A DNA stretch of 56,274 nucleotides, taken from a virus (taxonomy: Duplodnaviria > Caudoviricetes). The stretch covers positions 1 through 56,274 of the IMG/VR virus record IMGVR_UViG_3300029258_003568. One strand, written 5' to 3'. The notes beneath the pieces were generated by a model. The model saw nothing but the letters and a program-made list of their open reading frames with translations, did no database searches and was not told the DNA's origin. The stretch's first letter is position 1. Each line of letters begins with the position of its first letter. Below are positions 27,126 through 36,285 of the stretch, in pieces. The position numbers were made by a program, and so were the translations under genes.

Positions 27126-27323
27126 ATGGCACATTATCAATCTGGGCGTCCTATCTCGTACAAGGATTGGGCACACTGGCTGGAGTTGAGTACACAGGTG
27201 GCCAGGGCGGGATGGGTGCGAGATGTGGAGACGCCAGAGGTGAGGGTGGAAGAGTCGATGGGAGATGGTGGAGGTTTTTCCCGTCAGGTCGCTGTGGAGA
27301 GCACGGCGGCCGGGCGGGGGTAG
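27126..27323 (+). CDS. Hypothetical protein
   Basis: ORF with AAAGG RBS. Confidence 0.5.
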   Translation: MAHYQSGRPISYKDWAHWLELSTQVARAGWVRDVETPEVRVEESMGDGGGFSRQVAVESTAAGRG

Positions 27324-27496
27324 CCGCACCCCCCTCCTCCTTTTGCTGGGGCAGGATCGGGTCAGTCAGGCTGCCGGTCCTGCCCGAATCATCCGCCGAT
27401 GTTGCTGCCCGCTAGCCCGACCGCGATACCAAAAGTGGAGCCGCTGGAGCGAACGCGGTAAGTTCCAGAGCGGGCAGGAGGATCGGATGGAAGGAT

Positions 27497-27510
27497 ATTT
27501 CCCGGGAAAT
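27497..27510. promoter_or_regulatory. NBS/parS-like palindrome copy 3
   Basis: ATTTCCCGGGAAAT, intergenic, before the tyrosine recombinase gene pair. Confidence 0.8.
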
Positions 27511-27525
27511 GTAGGGGGGAATTGA

Positions 27526-27783
27526 GTGGGACGACCACGAAGTGATGAGGAGAGGGTTCTCGAGTGTGCGGAGGGGATATCGGCGACGCTGATCAATTTG
27601 GCGGAGCTGGCCGTCATCCAGGACGTGCTACTCAGGCAGGTGCGCCGGCGGGTGTTTGGGACGTCGACGATGGACTCGGTCGCACCGGCGATCGAGCAAT
27701 TGGAAACGATCGCCGCCGAAATTCAGACGGCACGTAGCCTGGCGTTCGAGATGCTGAAAACATTGCAAGAGGGGAGGCAATGA
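27526..27783 (+). CDS. Hypothetical helical protein
   Basis: Coupled to the recombinase gene. Confidence 0.55.
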   Translation: MGRPRSDEERVLECAEGISATLINLAELAVIQDVLLRQVRRRVFGTSTMDSVAPAIEQLETIAAEIQTARSLAFEMLKTLQEGRQ

Positions 27784-28727
27784 GCGTGAGTGAGTCGAGG
27801 AGTATTCGACCCCAGCAGGGTCGGGAGCTGGATCAAAATCCAGCGGCCGTTTACCTGGCCGGCCTGGGTCGGGGCAGCCGGCGGGCGATGCGGCACGCCC
27901 TGGACGTCGTCGCCGACCTGGCCAGCAATGGCCGGGCCGGCATCTGGGATCTCGAGTGGTCCGCGCTGAGGTTTCAGCACACACAGGCGATCCGCAGCCG
28001 GCTGACCGAGGTCTATGCGCCGGCGACGGCTAACAAGACATTGTGCGCGTTGCGCGGAGTACTAAAGTCGGCCTGGCGGCTGGGCCTGATGACTGCCGAG
28101 GATTACCAACGAGCCGCCGACGTGGCGCAGGTGCCGGGCGAGGCACTGCCGGCCGGCCGGCACATCGGCCGGGAGGAGCTGGTTGCGCTGAGAGATGCGT
28201 GCCTCCGTGATCCCGGTGCGGCGGGAGCGCGGGACGCGGCCATCGTTGGGCTGCTGTACACCTGCGGGCTGCGGCGGTCGGAGGTCGTGAGCCTCGACCT
28301 GGCGGACTATGATCGGGAGAGCGGGGCGCTGGCGATCCGGCGCTCCAAGCGGGGCCGGGAGCGGCTGGTCCACGTGGTCAATGGTGCGGCGTCGGCGTTG
28401 GGCGATTGGCTGGCGGCACGTGGCCTCGAGGACGGGCCGCTCTTTTGTCCCGTCCGCAAGGGTGGCCGTCTGGCCGCTGGCCGGATGAGCGGGCAGGCGA
28501 TCTATAACCTGCTCAAGCGCCGGGCCAGCCAGGCGAACCTCGGCGAGGATGTGACCATCCACGACTTTCGCCGGACGTTCATCGGTGAGCTGCTCGATGC
28601 CGGCGCCGACATTGTGACAGTGCAGCAGCTCGCCGGTCATGCCAGCCCGACAACGACGGCGAGGTATGATCGCCGGCCGGAGAAGGTGCGGCGGCGGGCT
28701 GCCGAATTGCTGCATTTTCCCTACTAG
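27780..28727 (+). CDS. Tyrosine recombinase (XerC/D-like)
   Basis: GLRRSE, HDFRRT, LAGHASPTTTARY: complete R-H-R-H-Y catalytic set. Confidence 0.92.
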   Translation: MSVSESRSIRPQQGRELDQNPAAVYLAGLGRGSRRAMRHALDVVADLASNGRAGIWDLEWSALRFQHTQAIRSRLTEVYAPATANKTLCALRGVLKSAWRLGLMTAEDYQRAADVAQVPGEALPAGRHIGREELVALRDACLRDPGAAGARDAAIVGLLYTCGLRRSEVVSLDLADYDRESGALAIRRSKRGRERLVHVVNGAASALGDWLAARGLEDGPLFCPVRKGGRLAAGRMSGQAIYNLLKRRASQANLGEDVTIHDFRRTFIGELLDAGADIVTVQQLAGHASPTTTARYDRRPEKVRRRAAELLHFPY

Positions 28728-29131
28728 GCCCATGTTTCCTGTAGTAAAGCCCGCGCCGCGGAACCCGCGCGCGGGCTATCAAAACCAACCCGGTTCACCC
28801 TGTCGATGAGAGCAGAACTAAAACAATGTCATTGGAGCGACGGTCAAGCGACACTAATTTCGGGATTCGAGAGCGGTTTTGCCAACCACACGCGGCTGGC
28901 GCTCGCGCCCGTCGCGAAAATTTCGGCGCTCGTGCTGGGCAAATTTCGGCGCCGTTGGTGAACATAATTCGATTATGAGAATGAAAATTCTCGATACACA
29001 TCTGGTCACGACGACCCAACCCAAGTCGCGGCGCCGGGGGGGGTGGGTCGTTTCGGCCAGAGAGACGCCAAGGTGTTCGTTTTGGTGCGCGGCTAACGCA
29101 CCAGTTTTGTAGAAAAGTCGGAGACGTTGAA

Positions 29132-29686
29132 ATGGATGACGGATTGGTGGCCGAGGATCTAGGTCCAAACGACCTGCTCCTCTTGTCCTACGACAACAAA
29201 CTGTACGTAATGCCTGCGCCAGATGCAGAGCCCGTAGCGATATTTGATGCACAGCAGGTCATCGAAGCATTAGGGGCCGCAGCGTGCAACAACCAGACCA
29301 AGATCGCAACTCTGAAGGGAATACAGGGCTATACCGTGCAACGATTTGGCGGACCTGAACGATATCGGGCAGCACAAGCTATCAAGATCGCCGAGGAAGC
29401 ATTGGAACTGGCGCTGAGGGTTCTGATTCGCGATACGTCCCTGGAACGAGCTACAAGGAGCGTACAATTACGGTTGCAGGTGATGTTCGACCGGCTGACC
29501 AATGGGGAGGAGGTCCTCTTGAAGCTGGATGACCTCGGCAGTGATCAACTAGCCGGAGAACGCGCGGATGTGTTGATGGCACTGTGTTGCGCCGCCGAGG
29601 TTGATGGCCAGGACCTTATGGTCGACGGTGTCAAGAGAGCCAATAGAGATGTCGGTCGCGGAATGAGATGGACGTTAAAGCTGTAA
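29132..29686 (+). CDS. MazG-like NTP pyrophosphohydrolase domain protein
   Basis: KIAEEALELA...LAGERADVL acidic helix pair. Confidence 0.5.
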   Translation: MDDGLVAEDLGPNDLLLLSYDNKLYVMPAPDAEPVAIFDAQQVIEALGAAACNNQTKIATLKGIQGYTVQRFGGPERYRAAQAIKIAEEALELALRVLIRDTSLERATRSVQLRLQVMFDRLTNGEEVLLKLDDLGSDQLAGERADVLMALCCAAEVDGQDLMVDGVKRANRDVGRGMRWTLKL

Positions 29687-29868
29687 ACCATTGTGAAGCG
29701 GCCATAGCCGAAGTGATCGCCGCTGCACGCCAGTTGGATAACATCCATCGGATGATCGAAAGGTTCCACTTTGTCTCTGGCCATCAGGAGGCTAAACGTC
29801 GTTTGAGGTATGCACTGGAATGGCTAGATCGGGAGGAGAATAGTCCGGGCGCGGGTTCCGGCACGTGA
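29668..29868 (+). CDS. Hypothetical protein
   Basis: Overlapping coupled ORF. Confidence 0.5.
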   Translation: MDVKAVNHCEAAIAEVIAAARQLDNIHRMIERFHFVSGHQEAKRRLRYALEWLDREENSPGAGSGT

Positions 29869-29896
29869 GGATGGTTACACGAAAGGGAACAACATC

Positions 29897-30298
29897 ATGG
29901 GACATTACGCCTGCATTGACGATGATTGCCGAAAACGACCAGGACTCGCGATCAAGCTCTACTGTCCTCGCTGCCAGGCATGTGCGTGTGTTTTCGATGG
30001 ATTGACTCCAGCGAAGCACATCGAACGAATAAAAAGACAGCTAAACCAGGGTCGGAAACCGATGGGAGATTCTCCGCTCTTGTCCACGTTGGTTCAAGTG
30101 AATCAACAGGAAAGACAGGAGCAGATCTTGGAGACAATGACGAACGCTAACGGCACAATAGAGCTACAAGAATTGGTTGAACTTCTCCAACTGTCTCCTT
30201 ACATGATCAGAAATGATCTGTCGACAATGAAACAAAGAGGGTTGGTCACTCAACGGGGGCGAGGGCCCGCCACACGATGGGTGCTGATTGAGAAATAG
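29897..30298 (+). CDS. Zn-finger plus DeoR-like winged-HTH protein
   Basis: C..C/CPRC N-terminus; LQELVELLQLSPYMIRNDLSTMKQRGLV. Confidence 0.7.
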   Translation: MGHYACIDDDCRKRPGLAIKLYCPRCQACACVFDGLTPAKHIERIKRQLNQGRKPMGDSPLLSTLVQVNQQERQEQILETMTNANGTIELQELVELLQLSPYMIRNDLSTMKQRGLVTQRGRGPATRWVLIEK

Positions 30299-30333
30299 CG
30301 GAGACATCGCATAGGAGCAATAGGAGCACATCT

Positions 30334-31212
30334 GTGGGAGCATACCTGCAGGAACTAGGAAAAAGCATCTCATTTGGCCGATTGTCGCTGATGGGCAAGG
30401 TATTGTGGCCGATGCTCCTGGCCGCGTCGGACGATCAGGGCCGGGGACTGGCCGACGCGGATGTTCTCAAGTGGACGGTCTGCCCAAATGTGGCCGAAAT
30501 CACGATCGATGACATTCCCACCATCCTGGACGAGATGGTAGCCCAAAAGATGATCGTGCTGTACGAGGACTCCCGTGGGCGAGCAATATACCAGATCATC
30601 AACTGGTGGGTTCATCAAAAACGACGGTTCGCTCGCCCATCACTGTACGACGCCCCCGAGGGATGGACGGACCGCGTCAGATTACAACAGGGACGAAAAC
30701 AAACCCTGATAAACTGGGACCAACCGGGGGGATTTATCGGCCAGGAGAGTCTGCCTGAGCCTGAGACGAATAGTGGTAAACAAAACAACGGACAATACGG
30801 TGGACAATACGGTGAGCAATACGAGGGACAACACGGGGGACCTGAACTAAACCGATCTGAACTAAACCAACCTAAACCACCCCCCCCTACCCCCCCCGAG
30901 GGCGGTGGTGGTGGTGGAGATTCTCTAGGACAATGGCTGGAAATCTACGAACAAAACATAACCGAACAAATCCGGCCGGCAGCACGAGAGCAAATTGAGA
31001 CCGTGTTCCGAGATCCACACGTGAATTACGAATTGTGGTCGGATGCCATCGGTATCGCTGTGGCAAACAACCAGTTAAAGCTCTCATACGTGCTGGGAGT
31101 CATCCGCAAGCGCAGAAATGGCAGCGGACCCGGACCGCCCGCTACCGGTAAGAAACCTATCAAGCTGACGGGTAGTTTACCGGGACGAGGGAGACGAGAT
31201 GAGCCAGACTGA
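30334..31212 (+). CDS. Phage replication initiator (DnaD-like C-terminus)
   Basis: SDDQGRG and YQIINWW..Q N-domain; LSYVLGVIRK; precedes dnaB; internal direct repeats. Confidence 0.75.
   Translation: MGAYLQELGKSISFGRLSLMGKVLWPMLLAASDDQGRGLADADVLKWTVCPNVAEITIDDIPTILDEMVAQKMIVLYEDSRGRAIYQIINWWVHQKRRFARPSLYDAPEGWTDRVRLQQGRKQTLINWDQPGGFIGQESLPEPETNSGKQNNGQYGGQYGEQYEGQHGGPELNRSELNQPKPPPPTPPEGGGGGGDSLGQWLEIYEQNITEQIRPAAREQIETVFRDPHVNYELWSDAIGIAVANNQLKLSYVLGVIRKRRNGSGPGPPATGKKPIKLTGSLPGRGRRDEPD
30778..30879. repeat. Iteron-like repeats within the initiator gene (candidate origin)
   Basis: 12-bp ggacaatacggt-type units x4, then ctgaactaaacc x2. Confidence 0.65.
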
Positions 31213-32632
31213 AGCGTTGTTATCCAACCAAGAAGCCGAGCAGAGTGTCCTCGGGGCGTTGCTAATCGACCCGGCGGCGATCTCGAAAGTTTTGACGACA
31301 TTGTATCCCGGTGACTTTTGGGTCAAGCGAAACGAGTGGGTGTACCAGGCGATCTTGGACCTGCACCACGCCGGCACACCGGTGGATCCCGTTACGCTAG
31401 CCGACCGGTTGGAAGCCACTGGGCAGTTGAAGGAACTGGGTGGCGCGGCGTACTTGGCCGAGCTTTTCACGGCCACGCCGACGAGCTTGCATGTAGTGCA
31501 CTATGCCAACATTGTCAGCCGTCTGGCGACCTCACGGAAGCTGGTGCAGGCGGCGACCCGGATCGCCCAGCTGGCACACGACCAGAATAACGACCTGGAT
31601 GCTGTCTTTGCACAAGCCCGCTCGTTGATAGACAGTGTGGCGCCGCTTGATTTGGGCCGGGCGGTGCTATTTTGGCAGGACGCGCTGTCGTGGTACCTGG
31701 ACCGCCAGGGCGAGCGGACCGAGGAGGTCGAGGCCCAGGCTTCGGGCGAGCAGCTCGAGCGGTTGACGTTCCCGTGGATGGCATTGCGGGAGCGGGTGAG
31801 CTGGATTAGGCCGGGCATGATTGTGCTGGTCGGCGCCGAGTCGGGCGTGGGTAAGACAATGTTCCTCGAGTGCTGCGCAGAAGAGTGGGCCAAGCAGGGG
31901 TATCGCGTCGTTTTCTTTCACTTTGAACTCTCTCACCAGGTAATGCTCGACCGGCTGATGTGCCGCCAGGCAGGTGTGCCGATGGCGGAACTGGAGACCG
32001 GAGCACTAGACAACCGGGTGACTGAAACGGTCGCCGAGTTATACGATTGGATTGGCCGGATCAATTACGTGCATTGTCCCGGCTGGCCGATGAGCCGCGT
32101 TGTTGGCACAGCGCGGCAGCTGGCTGCCAAGGGTGAGTGTGACGTGATTATGGTCGATTATCTCCAGAAGGCGTATCTGCCGGCAAAGACGGCAGGCCTG
32201 ACGCCTGCACAGGTCCGTGGCCAGCAGGTGGAGGTCCTTAAGACATTGGCGGAGCAGATGGAGATGCCGATCCTACTGACGTCACAGCTCAACAGGACGT
32301 CGCAGCAATACGGCCGCAAGGTGAGGTTCTCCATCAGAGACACGGGGGAGGCCGACGAGAAGGCGAATGTCGTCCTGCTGCTGGACCGAGAGATCCTGGA
32401 TGCAGACGCCACGATGGAATATGACCTGGATGAGCACCGGCGGGTCACCGTTGAGGCGGAATGTGGAGAATTGTCGCCTATCTTAAAGGTGCGGTGCGAC
32501 AAAAACACCCTCGGTCGAACGGGGGACGATGAACTGTTGATGGATCCGTCCAGATTTTGGATTATGGATAAAGCGAATGTCGCGCAACGGCCTCTGAGTT
32601 GGGACCGGTCGGCGACGATGGAAGCTCTATAA
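31199..32632 (+). CDS. dnaB: Replicative DNA helicase
   Basis: EAEQSVLGALL N-domain, GAESGVGKT Walker A, MVDYLQ, TSQLNR. Confidence 0.92.
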   Translation: MSQTEALLSNQEAEQSVLGALLIDPAAISKVLTTLYPGDFWVKRNEWVYQAILDLHHAGTPVDPVTLADRLEATGQLKELGGAAYLAELFTATPTSLHVVHYANIVSRLATSRKLVQAATRIAQLAHDQNNDLDAVFAQARSLIDSVAPLDLGRAVLFWQDALSWYLDRQGERTEEVEAQASGEQLERLTFPWMALRERVSWIRPGMIVLVGAESGVGKTMFLECCAEEWAKQGYRVVFFHFELSHQVMLDRLMCRQAGVPMAELETGALDNRVTETVAELYDWIGRINYVHCPGWPMSRVVGTARQLAAKGECDVIMVDYLQKAYLPAKTAGLTPAQVRGQQVEVLKTLAEQMEMPILLTSQLNRTSQQYGRKVRFSIRDTGEADEKANVVLLLDREILDADATMEYDLDEHRRVTVEAECGELSPILKVRCDKNTLGRTGDDELLMDPSRFWIMDKANVAQRPLSWDRSATMEAL

Positions 32633-32646
32633 AAGGAGAAAGTAAG

Positions 32647-33183
32647 ATGAGCATTGTAACGACACAGACGACACAGACAATGTCTCGAGCAGAGATCGCC
32701 GTGATGACACACCTTTTCAAGGTGGGCGATATTTCACCGATAGTCAGCATGCCGGCTCCTGCAGACATTGTGCCACGGCACAATTCGCCGGATTGGGCAG
32801 ATAATTTAGCTATCTTGGTGGCTCATATCATTGGGAATCCACTAGATGAGCGCCATCAGCCGAAAGTCAAGGCGACCTGTGGTCGGTTCGTGCAAGTTGA
32901 ATATACTCCTCTGCGGCAGGATGATCCGGACATCATCGTCTGTCTGAGCCAGGGTGCGGCGGCCTTCCATCGCGCCATGATGAAATTCCAGGAGGCCCGG
33001 TCGTTGGTTGATCGTGAGACGCGGAGGAGCAAATTCATGTCGCTGGGAGAGTGGTACACTGCTGCCAAAAAGGCGGCAATGAGGTTGATCGAACCGTTGC
33101 GATTGCTCGGAGTCTCCCAGCAAGAGTTTCTTTTCGTCATGCGCTGGGCGCTTCTCTGCTGCACTTACCGCCACACGACATGA
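32647..33183 (+). CDS. Hypothetical protein
   Basis: AAGGAG RBS. Confidence 0.6.
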   Translation: MSIVTTQTTQTMSRAEIAVMTHLFKVGDISPIVSMPAPADIVPRHNSPDWADNLAILVAHIIGNPLDERHQPKVKATCGRFVQVEYTPLRQDDPDIIVCLSQGAAAFHRAMMKFQEARSLVDRETRRSKFMSLGEWYTAAKKAAMRLIEPLRLLGVSQQEFLFVMRWALLCCTYRHTT

Positions 33184-33289
33184 AAGGAAACATAGATGCC
33201 TCGTTATTGTCGTTGGTGCACCAAGGCTGTAGACAAATGGTGTGACGCTGACGGGTGCAGCCATGCCACCTTGCTAAGGGAGGGATGGG

Positions 33290-33538
33290 ATGACAAAGAA
33301 GTGGAGACCGAGAGGTACGAGAGGTGATCCTTGTACCTATTGCACAAAGCGGCACGGCGATCCGTGCAATCAGGGAGACTGTCACCTTGCGCAGGTCGCG
33401 CATGATGCAGATGCGCCGCCGGTGGCGACGTTGTGCAGCAGGTGTACTGAGTGTGGTCGCCCGATATACTCACCCAGTAGCGCGAAACCCGGACTGTGCA
33501 TCAATTGCAGGAACGGGGGATACGATTATTACGGGTAG
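33290..33538 (+). CDS. Cys-rich zinc-binding protein
   Basis: Multiple CxxC; GGAGG RBS. Confidence 0.55.
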   Translation: MTKKWRPRGTRGDPCTYCTKRHGDPCNQGDCHLAQVAHDADAPPVATLCSRCTECGRPIYSPSSAKPGLCINCRNGGYDYYG

Positions 33539-33556
33539 AGGTAGCGAGGTTTTACG

Positions 33557-34180
33557 ATGAGAGGATTCGTGTTCGTCTCCGGGCTTCTGGTAGTTGGAAT
33601 AGCTGCTTTCGTCCTGGTAAATGTCGCCAGCAGCAGCGGTCCATCGCCGAGTTACCAGGCGGCGATGGAGGCACAGCGGCTGGAGACGGCGGCCAGGATG
33701 TGCCATCTCAAGGTCGTATTTTGGTACGTTCTGGCGGGGATCACCCTGCTCGGCCTGGCCGGATTGGCGGTGGCAGCCGTGCGGGCGACCTGGTCCAGGT
33801 CCGGCTGGATTCGACCCGACGACCGGGGACTCTACCCGGTGGTGCGTGGCCAGGTGGGCAGGCAAACTTATTACCACGACCCGAATCGCCAGCTGGCCGG
33901 GGCGGTCGCTTACACGGCTGGCCGTGATGGCCTGAAGATCCAGCAGATGCTGCCGGCGGGCGCAGAGCACGAACAACTCCGGGTGACCACGCAGGCCCAG
34001 GCGGCGCAGGTCGTCGCGGCGGCCGGGCGCAGCCAGGAGATGAGGCCCAACGCGCGGCGCCTGGTCGAGCGGATGACCGAGCCGCAGCCCGGCCCACCTC
34101 GGTTGCCGGAAGTAGTGACGGAATTGGATGGATCGGAGCGCCACCTGTTGGAGGCGATCCGGCAGGATTGGGATGATTGA
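33557..34180 (+). CDS. Two-TM membrane protein coupled to FtsK
   Basis: Two hydrophobic helices; overlaps the FtsK start. Confidence 0.7.
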   Translation: MRGFVFVSGLLVVGIAAFVLVNVASSSGPSPSYQAAMEAQRLETAARMCHLKVVFWYVLAGITLLGLAGLAVAAVRATWSRSGWIRPDDRGLYPVVRGQVGRQTYYHDPNRQLAGAVAYTAGRDGLKIQQMLPAGAEHEQLRVTTQAQAAQVVAAAGRSQEMRPNARRLVERMTEPQPGPPRLPEVVTELDGSERHLLEAIRQDWDD

Positions 34181-35577
34181 TGCGATTAGGTTCGAGTCAA
34201 AGACGGAATTTAGACAGTATCTTTCGCGGTGTGCGGCATACACTACTCAACCGGGGATTGTATCGCAAATTGGGCAGCGGCGGTGGCGTCCAGGAAGTAG
34301 CCTGGAAGCGGGCCATCGTGCTGGACGATCTCGGGGTCGTCGCGTTTGAAGTAGACACTTTGCGATTGCCGGTCAAGATCGAGCAGCTGCTCGACCCGGA
34401 CGTCACCCATCAGATGCAGGCCGCCCTGGGCGGCCGGCAGGTCAGGGTGACCAACTCGCGCGGGCTGGTCTTTAGCGTTCAGCTTCAACCGGACCCGGGT
34501 CGGCAACTGTCCCGCCTCCCCCGCCGCGTGCGCCTCGACCTCGACGCGCGGCCGGACGGGGTGTACCTCGTGCCGGTGGGCCAGGGTCGGGAGGGCCCGG
34601 TGTGGCGCAGCCTCCTGGAGACGGGCCACATCCTCGTGGGCGGCGAGAGCGGCAGTGGCAAGAGCACCTGGCTCAATGCGATGCTGGCCGCGCTGCTGGC
34701 CGGCCATTCGCCGGAAGAGTTGCAGGTGGCCATTGTTGACCCGAAGCAGGTTGAGTTCCAGGCTTATCGTGGCCTGCCTCACCTGTTCGAGGACCTGGCC
34801 ACCGAAGTGGACCAGGCCGAGGCGTTGCTGGCTCGAGTGCTGTTCGAGATGGATCGGCGGGCGGTTTTGTTCTCTGGAGTTGGGGCGAAGAACCTGGGCT
34901 TGTACAACGACAGAGTTGACGAGCCGTTGTCTCTGGTTCTGCTGGTCATCGACGAGGTGACTGACATTGCCCTGCAGGCCGGACTCAAGAGTGACTTTTA
35001 TCGGGACCTCATCCGCCTGGCCAGCAAGGGCCGCGCCTTTGGCCTCGTCCTCGTCCTCGCCACCCAGAACCCCAAGGCCGAGGTGCTCAACACGCTGATC
35101 CGGGGGAACTTGAGCACGCGGATCGCTTTTCGGGTGACGACCGTCGAGCACTCGCGGGTCATCCTCGGCGAGGGCGGCGCGCAGACGCTGCCGCGTACGA
35201 TCCGAGGGCGGATGGTGACCCGGCTCGGAGGTGATGAGCTGGAAGAGCTCCAGGGCTTTTACATCTCCGACACTGAGATCGCGGCGCTGGCCGGCCGGCT
35301 GCGCGATGACGGGAAGGATGCACAGGCAATGGTGATCTCGGACCTGGAACGAGAGATGGCGCTGTTCGCGGTGGAAGAGTTGGCCGGAGAGTTCCACACT
35401 GACACGATCTGGCAAGAATTCACCGACCGCGTTTCGAGGCGGGAGGTGCAGCGCCTGGCCAGGCGGTGGGAGCACCTGGGATGGCTGACGCTGCAGCGTA
35501 ATCCGGCGGAGGCGCGTTGGGTGACAGATAAGCTACTTGATTTGGTCACCGGAGAGGAGGCCAATGATGAGGGATAG
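34177..35577 (+). CDS. FtsK/SpoIIIE-family DNA translocase (TraB-like)
   Basis: HILVGGESGSGKS, VDPK, LLVIDE, GRAFG..LVLATQ, C-terminal winged helix. Confidence 0.92.
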   Translation: MMRLGSSQRRNLDSIFRGVRHTLLNRGLYRKLGSGGGVQEVAWKRAIVLDDLGVVAFEVDTLRLPVKIEQLLDPDVTHQMQAALGGRQVRVTNSRGLVFSVQLQPDPGRQLSRLPRRVRLDLDARPDGVYLVPVGQGREGPVWRSLLETGHILVGGESGSGKSTWLNAMLAALLAGHSPEELQVAIVDPKQVEFQAYRGLPHLFEDLATEVDQAEALLARVLFEMDRRAVLFSGVGAKNLGLYNDRVDEPLSLVLLVIDEVTDIALQAGLKSDFYRDLIRLASKGRAFGLVLVLATQNPKAEVLNTLIRGNLSTRIAFRVTTVEHSRVILGEGGAQTLPRTIRGRMVTRLGGDELEELQGFYISDTEIAALAGRLRDDGKDAQAMVISDLEREMALFAVEELAGEFHTDTIWQEFTDRVSRREVQRLARRWEHLGWLTLQRNPAEARWVTDKLLDLVTGEEANDEG

Positions 35578-35741
35578 AGTGGTGCCAAAGATCGCATCCT
35601 ACGCCCGACGAATCCGACGTGACCCGGCGGGGAATGTGTACCGCCGAAGGGCTTTTCTTTTTCCTGCCGGCCGGAAAATCGTTCAACGTTTGAGTCAGGC
35701 TGGATTGAGGCCCGAGCGGGGATCGACCGGGAGTAACGACT

Positions 35742-36284
35742 ATGCTTTGTGATGGGTGTCTGCTTTTGATAGGAAATGGTTTGTCAGAGGAAGTGAGACG
35801 AGTTCTCTATCGTCTGAATACCCTGAAAGAGACGACCATCCGTGACCTGGCCAGGGACATGGATCAGAGCGTCTACGAGACGCGAAAGGCCTTGGTCTAT
35901 CTCAAGGGAGCAACTCTGAGCTGGGGGGATTGGTCGGCCTACAGTGTCTCTCCGGCAGGTGAGAAATTTATTGAACTACAGGTTCAGGCTGAAAAGCCCG
36001 AGGTGATCGCCGATATGCTATGCGACACTTGTCTGTTGGAGATCGGTGAGGCGCTCTCGGAACGAGAGGCCGATATCTTGGGGTGTTTTTCAAGTCGGCC
36101 GATAACGCGCCATCAGCTTGTGGTGGACACGGGACTCAGCCTGCACAAGGTGCGGGAAGGTCTTATGCTTCTGCAAGGTGCGCGCTTGGTAGGAGTGCGC
36201 TCTTCCCGCGTGTTTCACCTTTCTCCAGAGGGACAACGATTGGATTATTTGTTGCGTAAGCAGCTGGTTTCATCGGGAGGATAA
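35742..36284 (+). CDS. Tandem winged-helix protein (TubR-like position)
   Basis: Two ~90-aa repeats, each MLCDxCLL-x-IG followed by wHTH and SPxG wing. Confidence 0.7.
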   Translation: MLCDGCLLLIGNGLSEEVRRVLYRLNTLKETTIRDLARDMDQSVYETRKALVYLKGATLSWGDWSAYSVSPAGEKFIELQVQAEKPEVIADMLCDTCLLEIGEALSEREADILGCFSSRPITRHQLVVDTGLSLHKVREGLMLLQGARLVGVRSSRVFHLSPEGQRLDYLLRKQLVSSGG

Positions 36285-36285
36285 T

